A stretch of DNA of 5,720 nucleotides from the IMG/VR virus record IMGVR_UViG_2671180846_000005; one strand, written 5' to 3'. A model generated the notes under the pieces. That model saw only the letters and a list, made by a program, of their open reading frames with translations, was not told where the DNA came from and made no database searches. Within the stretch, counting starts at the first letter, position 1. Every line of letters starts with the position of its first letter. The translations under genes were made by a program, and so were the position numbers. Below are positions 1-5,720 of this stretch, piece after piece. This stretch comes from a virus (Duplodnaviria; Heunggongvirae; Uroviricota; Caudoviricetes).

Positions 1-207
1 GAAAATGAGGTGGTATCAGCACAGACGGATACCGTGACTGATACGGCTGCTCTGGTCACGGTTGTGGCACTGGTGACGCTGCATACCGATGCACTTCACG
101 CCACGCGGGATGAACCTGTGGCATTTGTGCTGCCGGGAACGGCGTTCCGTGTCTCTGCCGGTGTGGCAGCCGAAATGACAGAACGTGGCCTGGCCAGAAT
201 GCAATAA
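1..207 (+). CDS. FI: Head assembly / DNA-packaging protein FI, C-terminal fragment; the gene continues upstream of the window
   Basis: Frame 1 is open from base 1 to TAA at 205-207. Translation ends ...HATRDEPVAFVLPGTAFRVSAGVAAEMTERGLARMQ, which I recognise as the lambda gpFI C-terminus. The tracked ORF 10..207 is only the first internal ATG. FII begins 12 nt downstream, as in lambda. Confidence 0.85.
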   Translation, partial: ENEVVSAQTDTVTDTAALVTVVALVTLHTDALHATRDEPVAFVLPGTAFRVSAGVAAEMTERGLARMQ

Positions 208-218
208 CGGGAGGCGCT

Positions 219-447
219 GTGGCTGATTTCGATAACCTGTTCGATGCNNNNNNNNNNNNNNNNNNNNNNNNNNNNNNNNNNNNNNNNNNNNNNNNNNNNN
301 NNNNNNNNNNNNNNNNNNNNNNNNNNNGACACGCTGACCATCGGTGAGGAAAACTTCTGGATAGACCGGATTTCGCCGGATGATGGCGGAAGCTGTCATC
401 TCTGGCTTGGGCGTGGCGTGCCGCCTGCCGTTAACCGTCGCCGCTGA
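219..447 (+). CDS. FII: Head-tail joining (head completion) protein FII, interrupted by the N-run at 248-327; only the first ~10 and last 39 codons are present
   Basis: GGGAGG at 209-214, then GTG at 219 giving MADFDNLFDA before the gap. After the gap, 328-447 translates DTLTIGEENFWIDRISPDDGGSCHLWLGRGVPPAVNRRR* with TGA at 445-447. The frame before the gap (219) and after it (ending 447) differ, so the N-run does not preserve length. Confidence 0.8.
248..327. other. Run of 80 N: assembly or scaffold gap, or masked sequence
   Basis: Directly visible N characters. Falls inside FII and replaces roughly 200 nt expected from a lambda-length FII. Confidence 0.95.
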
Positions 448-458
448 AAGGGGGATGT

Positions 459-805
459 ATGGCCATAAAAGGTCTTGAGCAGGCCGTTGAAAACCTCAGC
501 CGTATCAGCAAAACGGCGGTGCCCGGTGCGTCAGCAATGGCCATTAACCGCGTTGCTTCATCCGCGATATCGCAGTCTGCGTCACAGGTTGCCCGTGAGA
601 CAAAGGTACGCCGGAAACTGGTAAAGGAAAGGGCCAGGCTGAAAAGGGCCACGGTTAAAAATCCGCAGGCCAGAATCAGGGTTAACCGGGGGGATTTGCC
701 CGTAATCAAGCTGGGGAATGCGCGGGTTGTCCTGTCCCGACGCAGGCGTCGTAAAAAGGGGCAGCGTTCATCCCTGAAAGGTGGCGGCAGCGTGCTTGTG
801 GTGGG
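459..805 (+). CDS. Z: Tail completion protein Z (lambda-type allele), 5' fragment of ~115 codons, truncated by the N-run at 806
   Basis: AGGGGG-type Shine-Dalgarno at about 449-454, ATG at 459. Translation MAIKGLEQAVENLSRISKTAVPGASAMAINRVASS...SRRRRRKKGQRSSLKGGGSVLVV matches lambda gpZ as recalled. Starts 12 nt after the FII stop, as in lambda. Confidence 0.85.
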
Positions 806-855
806 NNNNNNNNNNNNNNNNNNNNNNNNNNNNNNNNNNNNNNNNNNNNNNNNNN
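806..855. other. Run of 50 N: assembly or scaffold gap
   Basis: Directly visible. Separates the lambda-type Z 5' fragment from a 5'-truncated second FII allele. Confidence 0.95.
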
Positions 856-1038
856 GTTGAAGGCTCCAGCCCGTCCCTGTTTGTCCGGACTGATGATGTG
901 CGGCAACTGCGGCGTGGTGACACGCTGACCATTAACGGCGAGATGTTCTGGGTGGACCGTGTTTCTCCGGATGACGGAGGGAGTTGTTATCTCTGGCTCA
1001 ACCGTGGGCAACCACCGGCAGTTAACCGGCGACGATAA
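856..1038 (+). CDS. FII: FII' (second, diverged allele), 3' fragment of 60 codons plus stop
   Basis: In frame from 856 to TAA at 1036-1038: VEGSSPSLFVRTDDVRQLRRGDTLTINGEMFWVDRVSPDDGGSCYLWLNRGQPPAVNRRR*. Homologous to but clearly different from the FII 3' end at 328-447 (for example TINGEMFW vs TIGEENFW, CYLWLNRGQPP vs CHLWLGRGVPP). Confidence 0.8.
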   Translation, partial: VEGSSPSLFVRTDDVRQLRRGDTLTINGEMFWVDRVSPDDGGSCYLWLNRGQPPAVNRRR

Positions 1039-1052
1039 ACGCAGGGTGAATT

Positions 1053-1586
1053 ATGGCGATAAAAGGGCTTGATCAGGCGATTGAAAATCTGAGCCGGGTT
1101 CGTAAAAACGCCATTCCGGCGGCTTCAGCAATGGCCATTAACCGCGTGGCCACAACGGCGATTAATCAGTCTTCATCACAGGTTGCCCGTGAGACAAAGG
1201 TACGCCGGAAACTGGTAAAGGAACGGTCCAGACTGAAACGGGCCACGGTCAGAAATCCGAATGCCAGAATTATCGTTAAACGCGGTGATCTCCCTGTGAT
1301 TAAGCTGGGGATCAGGATGCTGGGCCGTCGTCCGGACAGCATACTTAAAGCTGGTCAGCATCGGTATCAGCGGGCATTTATCCAGCGATTAAAAAATGGT
1401 CGCTGGCATGTCATGCAGCGTGTGGCCGGGAAAAACCGTTACCCCATTGATGTGGTGAAAATCCCGATGGCGGCCCCACTGAAACAGGCGTTTGATGAGA
1501 ATATTGACCGTATCCGGCGTGAACGTCTGCCCGGAGAACTGGCATACGCGCTGAAACAACAACTTAGGATTGCGATAAAACGATGA
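1053..1586 (+). CDS. Z: Tail completion protein Z' (second allele), complete, 177 aa
   Basis: ATG at 1053, 14 nt after the FII' stop; TGA at 1584-1586 overlapping the U' start. N-terminal ~85 aa and C-terminal ~60 aa are homologous to lambda-type Z. The central segment is replaced (IRMLGRRPDSILKAGQHRYQRAFIQRLKNGRWHV) and lacks the Arg/Lys-rich tract of the lambda-type allele. Confidence 0.85.
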   Translation: MAIKGLDQAIENLSRVRKNAIPAASAMAINRVATTAINQSSSQVARETKVRRKLVKERSRLKRATVRNPNARIIVKRGDLPVIKLGIRMLGRRPDSILKAGQHRYQRAFIQRLKNGRWHVMQRVAGKNRYPIDVVKIPMAAPLKQAFDENIDRIRRERLPGELAYALKQQLRIAIKR

Positions 1587-1978
1587 AACATACTGATATC
1601 CGTGCGGCAGTGCTGGATGCACTGGAGCTGCATGAACACGGGGCGACGCTGTTTGATGGTCGCCCCGTTGTTTTTGACGAAGAGGATTTTCCGGCCGTCG
1701 CGGTTTATCTGACGGATGCAGAGTATACCGGTGAAGAGCTGGATGCAGATACCTGGCGGGCCACACTGCATATTGAGGTGTTTTTACCGGCACAGGTACC
1801 GGATTCGGAGCTTGATCAGTGGATGGAAAGCCGGATTTATCCGGCGGTGACTGCGATCCCGGCACTGGCAGACCTGATTACGACGATGGTTACGCAGGGC
1901 TATGAGTATCGTCGTGATGACGATATGGCGTTATGGAGTTCTGCGGATCTGACTTATTCCATTACATACGAGATGTGA
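1583..1978 (+). CDS. U: Tail terminator protein U' (second allele), complete, 131 aa
   Basis: ATG at 1583 overlaps the Z' stop (ATGA), TGA at 1976-1978. Translation [54 protein letters not shown]... is the same length as the U copy at 2394-2789 with many substitutions. Confidence 0.88.
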   Translation: MKHTDIRAAVLDALELHEHGATLFDGRPVVFDEEDFPAVAVYLTDAEYTGEELDADTWRATLHIEVFLPAQVPDSELDQWMESRIYPAVTAIPALADLITTMVTQGYEYRRDDDMALWSSADLTYSITYEM

Positions 1979-1985
1979 GGACGAT

Positions 1986-2173
1986 ATGGCAACACCAAAT
2001 CCCCTTGAGCCGGTAAAAGGTGCCGGTACCACTCTGTGGGTTTACAACGGCAAGGGTGATGCTTATGCAAACCCGTTGTCAGACGATGACTGGCAGCGAC
2101 TGGCTAAGGTGAAGGATCTGACGCCGGGCGAGATGACGGCAGAACCCTACGATGATAACTACCTGGATGATGA
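1986..2173 (+). CDS. V: Major tail tube protein V' (second allele), 5' fragment of ~62 codons, truncated by the N-run at 2174
   Basis: GAGGA at 1977-1981, ATG at 1986. [62 protein letters not shown] is homologous to the V N-terminus at 2797. Confidence 0.85.
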
Positions 2174-2223
2174 NNNNNNNNNNNNNNNNNNNNNNNNNNN
2201 NNNNNNNNNNNNNNNNNNNNNNN
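2174..2223. other. Run of 50 N: assembly or scaffold gap
   Basis: Directly visible. Separates the V' 5' fragment from the 3' end of lambda-type Z. Confidence 0.95.
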
Positions 2224-2397
2224 ATGCAGCGTGTGGCCGGGAAAAACCGTTACCCCATTGATGTGGTGAAAATCCCGATGGCGGTGCCGCTTACCACGGC
2301 GTTTAAACAGAATATTGAACGGATACGGCGTGAATGTCTTCCGAAAGAGCTGGGCTATGCGCTGCAGCATCAACTGAGAATGGTAATAAAGCGATGA
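2224..2397 (+). CDS. Z: Tail completion protein Z (lambda-type allele), 3' fragment; the continuation of 459-805
   Basis: Open in frame from 2224 to TGA at 2395-2397: [57 protein letters not shown]. Together with 459-805 this gives a lambda-length Z missing only ~20 codons, about the size of one N-run. Confidence 0.85.
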   Translation: MQRVAGKNRYPIDVVKIPMAVPLTTAFKQNIERIRRECLPKELGYALQHQLRMVIKR

Positions 2398-2789
2398 AAC
2401 ATACTGAACTCCGTGCAGCCGTACTGGATGCACTGGAGAAGCATGACACCGGGGCGACGCTTTTTGATGGTCGCCCCGCTGTTTTTGATGAGGCGGATTT
2501 TCCGGCAGTTGCCGTTTATCTCACCGGCGCTGAATACACGGGCGAAGAGCTGGACAGCGATACCTGGCAGGCGGAGCTGCATATCGAAGTTTTCCTGCCT
2601 GCTCAGGTGCCGGATTCAGAGCTGGATGCGTGGATGGAGTCCCGGATTTATCCGGTGATGAGCGATATCCCGGCACTGTCAGAGTTGATCACCAGTATGG
2701 TGGCCAGTGGCTATGACTACCGACGCGACGATGATGCGGGCCTGTGGAGTTCAGCCGATCTGACTTATGTCATTACCTATGAAATGTGA
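2394..2789 (+). CDS. U: Tail terminator protein U, complete, 131 aa
   Basis: ATG at 2394 overlaps the Z stop (ATGA), TGA at 2787-2789. [131 protein letters not shown] matches lambda gpU as recalled. The tracked start at 2334 is an in-frame upstream extension with no SD and is rejected. Confidence 0.92.
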   Translation: MKHTELRAAVLDALEKHDTGATLFDGRPAVFDEADFPAVAVYLTGAEYTGEELDSDTWQAELHIEVFLPAQVPDSELDAWMESRIYPVMSDIPALSELITSMVASGYDYRRDDDAGLWSSADLTYVITYEM

Positions 2790-2796
2790 GGACGCT

Positions 2797-3537
2797 ATGC
2801 CTGTACCAAATCCTGTAATGCCGGTGAAAGGTGCCGGGACCACCCTGTGGGTTTATAAGGGGAGCGGTGACCCTTATGCGAATCCGCTTTCAGACGTTGA
2901 CTGGTCGCGTCTGGCAAAAGTTAAAGACCTGACGCCCGGCGAACTGACCGCTGAGTCCTATGACGACAGCTATCTCGATGATGAAGATGCGGACTGGACT
3001 GCGACCGGGCAGGGGCAGAAATCAGCCGGAGATACCAGCTTCACGCTGGCGTGGATGCCCGGAGAGCAGGGGCAGCAGGCGCTGCTGGCGTGGTTTAATG
3101 AAGGTGATACCCGTGCCTATAAAATCCGCTTCCCGAACGGCACGGTCGATGTGTTCCGTGGCTGGGTCAGCAGTATCGGTAAAGCGGTGACGGCGAAGGA
3201 AGTGATCACCCGCACGGTGAAGGTCACCAATGTGGGACGCCCGTCGATGGCAGAAGATCGCAGCACGGTCACAGCGGCAACCGGCATGACCGTGACGCCT
3301 GCCAGCACCTCGGTGGTGAAAGGGCAGAGCACCACGCTGACCGTGGCATTCCAGCCGGAAGGCGCAACCGACAAGAGCTTCCGTGCGGTGTCTGCGGATA
3401 AAACAAAAGCCACCGTGTCGGTCAGTGGTATGACCATCACCGTGAAAGGTGTTGCTGCAGGCAAGGTCAACATTCCGGTCGTATCCGGTAATGGTGAACT
3501 TGCTGCGGTTGCAGAAATCACTGTCACCGACAGTTAA
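2797..3537 (+). CDS. V: Major tail tube protein V, complete, 246 aa, including a C-terminal Ig-like domain
   Basis: GAGGA at 2788-2792, ATG at 2797, TAA at 3535-3537. [33 protein letters not shown]...[10 protein letters not shown] matches lambda gpV as recalled, with the same length. The tracked start at 2767 is an upstream extension overlapping U. Confidence 0.93.
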   Translation: MPVPNPVMPVKGAGTTLWVYKGSGDPYANPLSDVDWSRLAKVKDLTPGELTAESYDDSYLDDEDADWTATGQGQKSAGDTSFTLAWMPGEQGQQALLAWFNEGDTRAYKIRFPNGTVDVFRGWVSSIGKAVTAKEVITRTVKVTNVGRPSMAEDRSTVTAATGMTVTPASTSVVKGQSTTLTVAFQPEGATDKSFRAVSADKTKATVSVSGMTITVKGVAAGKVNIPVVSGNGELAAVAEITVTDS

Positions 3538-3552
3538 TCCGGAGAGTCAGCG

Positions 3553-3975
3553 ATGTTCCTGAAAACCGAATCATTTGAACATAACGGCGTGACCGTCACG
3601 CTTTCTGAACTTTCAGCCCTGCAGCGTATTGAGCATCTCGCCCTGATGAAACGGCAGGCAGAACAGGCGGAGTCAGACAGCAACCGGAAGTTTACAGTGG
3701 AAGACGCCATCAGAACCGGTGCTTTTGTGGTGGCGATGTCCCTGTGGCATAACCATCCGCAGAAGACAAAGCAGCCTTCCATGAATGAAGCCGTTAAACA
3801 GATTGAGCAGGAAGTGCTTACCACCTGGCCCACAGAGGCAATTTCTCATGCTGAAAACGTGGTGTACCGGCTGTCCGGTATGTATGAGTTTGTGGTGAAT
3901 GATGCCCCTGAACAGGCAGAGGACGCCGGGCCTGCAGAGCCTGTTTCTGCGGGAAAGTGTTCGACGGTGAGCTGA
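3553..3975 (+). CDS. G: Tail assembly chaperone G, complete, 140 aa
   Basis: GGAGAG at 3541-3546, ATG at 3553, TGA at 3973-3975. MFLKTESFEHNGVTVTLSELSALQRIEHLALMKRQAEQAESDSNRKFTVEDAIRTGAFVVAMSLWHNHPQ... matches lambda gpG as recalled. Confidence 0.9.
   Translation: MFLKTESFEHNGVTVTLSELSALQRIEHLALMKRQAEQAESDSNRKFTVEDAIRTGAFVVAMSLWHNHPQKTKQPSMNEAVKQIEQEVLTTWPTEAISHAENVVYRLSGMYEFVVNDAPEQAEDAGPAEPVSAGKCSTVS
3951..3957 (+). promoter_or_regulatory. Slippery heptamer GGGAAAG (G GGA AAG in the G frame): programmed -1 ribosomal frameshift site producing the G-T fusion
   Basis: The heptamer lies 16 nt upstream of the G stop. The -1 frame is open from 3957 (GTG) to 4391 and encodes the T moiety. This arrangement is the well-known lambda G/GT frameshift. 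Confidence 0.8.
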
Positions 3976-4391
3976 GTTTTGCCCTGAAACTGGCGCGCGA
4001 GATGGGGCGACCCGACTGGCGTGCCATGCTTGCCGGGATGTCATCCACGGAGTATGCCGACTGGCACCGCTTTTACAGTACCCATTATTTTCATGATGTT
4101 CTGCTGGATATGCACTTTTCCGGGCTGACGTACACCGTGCTCAGCCTGTTTTTCAGCGATCCGGATATGCATCCGCTGGATTTCAGTCTGCTGAACCGGC
4201 GTGAGGCTGACGAAGAGCCTGAAGATGATGTGCTGATGCAGAAAGCGGCAGGGCTTGCCGGAGGCGTCCGCTTTGGCCCGGACGGGAATGAAGTTATCCC
4301 CGCTTCCCCGGATGTGGCGGACATGACGGAGGATGACGTAATGCTGATGACAGTATCAGAAGGGATCGCAGGAGGAGTCCGGTATGGCTGA
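3957..4391 (+). CDS. T: Tail assembly protein T reading frame, expressed only as the C-terminal part of the gpGT frameshift fusion (fusion spans 3553-4391)
   Basis: -1 frame relative to G, open 3957-4391 with TGA at 4389-4391. VFDGELSFALKLAREMGRPDWRAMLAGMSSTEYADWHRFYSTHYFHDV... No independent SD or ATG; it overlaps the G 3' end and the H 5' end exactly as in lambda. Confidence 0.85.
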   Translation: MFDGELSFALKLAREMGRPDWRAMLAGMSSTEYADWHRFYSTHYFHDVLLDMHFSGLTYTVLSLFFSDPDMHPLDFSLLNRREADEEPEDDVLMQKAAGLAGGVRFGPDGNEVIPASPDVADMTEDDVMLMTVSEGIAGGVRYG

Positions 4392-5720
4392 ACCGGTAGG
4401 CGATCTGGTCGTTGATTTAAGTCTGGATGCGGCCAGATTTGACGAGCAGATGGCCAGAGTCAGGCGTCATTTTTCCGGTACGGAAAGTGATGCGAAAAAA
4501 ACAGCGGCAGTCGTTGAACAGTCGCTGAGCCGACAGGCGCTGGCTGCACAGAAAGCGGGGATTTCCGTCGGGCAGTATAAAGCCGCCATGCGTATGCTGC
4601 CTGCACAGTTCACCGACGTGGCCACGCAGCTTGCAGGCGGGCAAAGTCCGTGGCTGATCCTGCTGCAACAGGGGGGGCAGGTGAAGGACTCCTTCGGCGG
4701 GATGATCCCCATGTTCAGGGGGCTTGCCGGTGCGATCACCCTGCCGATGGTGGGGGCCACCTCGCTGGCGGTGGCGACCGGTGCGCTGGCGTATGCCTGG
4801 TATCAGGGCAACTCAACCCTGTCCGATTTCAACAAAACGCTGGTCCTTTCCGGCAATCAGGCGGGACTGACGGCAGATCGTATGCTGGTCCTGTCCAGAG
4901 CCGGGCAGGCGGCAGGGCTGACGTTTAACCAGACCAGCGAGTCACTCAGCGCACTGGTTAAGGCGGGGGTAAGCGGTGAGGCTCAGATTGCGTCCATCAG
5001 CCAGAGTGTGGCGCGTTTCTCCTCTGCATCCGGCGTGGAGGTGGACAAGGTCGCTGAAGCCTTCGGGAAGCTGACCACAGACCCGACGTCGGGGCTGACG
5101 GCGATGGCACGCCAGTTCCATAACGTGACGGCGGAGCAGATTGCGTATGTTGCTCAGTTGCAGCGTTCCGGCGATGAAGCCGGGGCATTGCAGGCGGCGA
5201 ACGAGGCCGCAACGAAAGGGTTTGATGACCAGACCCGCCGCCTGAAAGAGAACATGGGCACGCTGGAGACCTGGGCAGACAGGACTGCGCGGGCCTTCAA
5301 ATCCATGTGGGATGCGGTGCTGGATATTGGTCGTCCTGATACCGCGCAGGAGATGCTGATTAAGGCAGAGGCTGCGTTTAAGAAAGCAGACGACATCTGG
5401 AATCTGCGCAAGGATGATTATTTTGTTAACGATGAAGCGCGGGCGCGTTACTGGGATGATCGTGAAAAGGCCCGTCTTGCGCTTGAAGCCGCCCGAAAGA
5501 AGGCTGAGCAGCAGACTCAACAGGACAAAAATGCGCAGCAGCAGAGCGATACCGAAGCGTCACGGCTGAAATATACCGAAGAGGCGCAGAAGGCTTACAA
5601 ACGGCTGCAGACGCCGCTGGAGAAATATACCGCCCGTCAGGAAGAACTGAACAAGGCACTGAAAGACGGGAAAATCCTGCAGGCGGATTACAACACGCTG
5701 ATGGCGGCGGCGAAAAAGGA
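4384..5720 (+). CDS. H: Tail tape measure protein H, N-terminal ~445 codons; the gene continues beyond the window end
   Basis: AGGAGG at 4370-4375, ATG at 4384 overlapping the T stop (ATGGCTGA). The frame is open from 4384 to the last base of the window, which is why it is absent from the stop-delimited ORF track. MAEPVGDLVVDLSLDAARFDEQMARVRRHFSGTESDAKK... matches lambda gpH as recalled. Confidence 0.92.
   Translation, partial: MAEPVGDLVVDLSLDAARFDEQMARVRRHFSGTESDAKKTAAVVEQSLSRQALAAQKAGISVGQYKAAMRMLPAQFTDVATQLAGGQSPWLILLQQGGQVKDSFGGMIPMFRGLAGAITLPMVGATSLAVATGALAYAWYQGNSTLSDFNKTLVLSGNQAGLTADRMLVLSRAGQAAGLTFNQTSESLSALVKAGVSGEAQIASISQSVARFSSASGVEVDKVAEAFGKLTTDPTSGLTAMARQFHNVTAEQIAYVAQLQRSGDEAGALQAANEAATKGFDDQTRRLKENMGTLETWADRTARAFKSMWDAVLDIGRPDTAQEMLIKAEAAFKKADDIWNLRKDDYFVNDEARARYWDDREKARLALEAARKKAEQQTQQDKNAQQQSDTEASRLKYTEEAQKAYKRLQTPLEKYTARQEELNKALKDGKILQADYNTLMAAAKK

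Noticed and set aside
1389-1865. 158-aa minus-strand ORF, and the overlapping 110-aa ORF at 1439-1771
   Set aside because: Antisense to the well-supported Z' and U' genes; proline/arginine-rich, low-complexity translation; no start context.
16-2433. Tracked ORFs that read through N-runs (16-399 -, 96-341 -, 244-447 +, 459-860 +, 706-1011 -, 781-1038 +, 1986-2261 +, 2104-2433 -, 2152-2397 +)
   Set aside because: Their continuity depends on translating N as X across gaps of unknown true length. Only the non-N portions are interpreted, and as fragments.
856-2789. Real tandem duplication of FII-Z-U-V as a biological feature, for example a tail-gene cassette
   Set aside because: Not excluded, but every junction coincides with an N-run and cuts a gene, the copy interrupts an essential gene, and one block begins exactly at a shared repeat. 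A scaffolding artefact explains all of this more simply. Kept as a finding to be tested, not called as a feature.
2767-2796. Upstream in-frame ATG at 2767 as the V start ([10 protein letters not shown]...), and ATG at 2334 as the U start
   Set aside because: Both extensions overlap the preceding gene and lack a Shine-Dalgarno. The downstream ATGs at 2797 and 2394 have proper SD or coupling context and give lambda-length proteins.
2960-3190. 76-aa + strand ORF in an alternate frame inside V; likewise 4650-4928 inside H and 2413-2658 inside U
   Set aside because: Out-of-frame ORFs nested in confirmed genes, with arginine-rich composition typical of off-frame translation and no Shine-Dalgarno.
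3117-4048. Minus-strand ORFs 3117-3527, 3534-3833, 3673-4044 and 3818-4048
   Set aside because: All are antisense to V, G and T, whose + strand frames are confirmed by homology, start/stop overlaps and the frameshift architecture. The remaining minus-strand tracked ORFs (1176-1361, 2370-2582, 4091-4324, 4417-4668, 4467-4760, 4997-5212, 5154-5411, 5426-5659) are rejected for the same reason.
4942-5520. 192-aa ORF on the minus strand
   Set aside because: It lies entirely inside the open H reading frame on the + strand, which matches lambda gpH. It is Arg/Pro/Cys-rich, as expected of antisense translation of GC-rich coding DNA, with no convincing Shine-Dalgarno.
1-5720. CRISPR array, tRNA or other ncRNA, integrase or att site, defence or toxin system
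   Set aside because: No short direct repeats with regular spacers, no tRNA-like cloverleaf candidates and no sizeable non-coding stretch. All coding capacity is accounted for by head and tail structural genes with spacers of 15 nt or less.

Overview
This window is the head-completion to tail-assembly segment of a lambda-like (lambdoid) phage or prophage, all on the + strand: FI (3' end), FII, Z, U, V, G, the G-T -1 frameshift region, T, and the first ~445 codons of the tape-measure gene H. Gene order, sizes, start/stop overlaps and translated sequences match the phage lambda tail module as I recall it; I could not run any database search. The window is not one continuous genome segment. Three N-runs (248-327, 806-855, 2174-2223) split it into four blocks. 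Blocks 1-247, 328-805 and 2224-5720 are collinear with lambda FI-FII-Z...Z-U-V-G-T-H. Block 856-2173 is a diverged second copy (FII' 3' end, complete Z', complete U', V' 5' end) sitting inside the interrupted Z gene. The most economical reading is a scaffold built from short-read contigs of two related lambdoid prophages, not a real tandem structure. Intergenic spacers are all 15 nt or less and I see no moron, defence, toxin or other accessory cargo, and no RNA genes or CRISPR. I do not see an undescribed biological system here; the assembly structure is the only thing that needs resolving.
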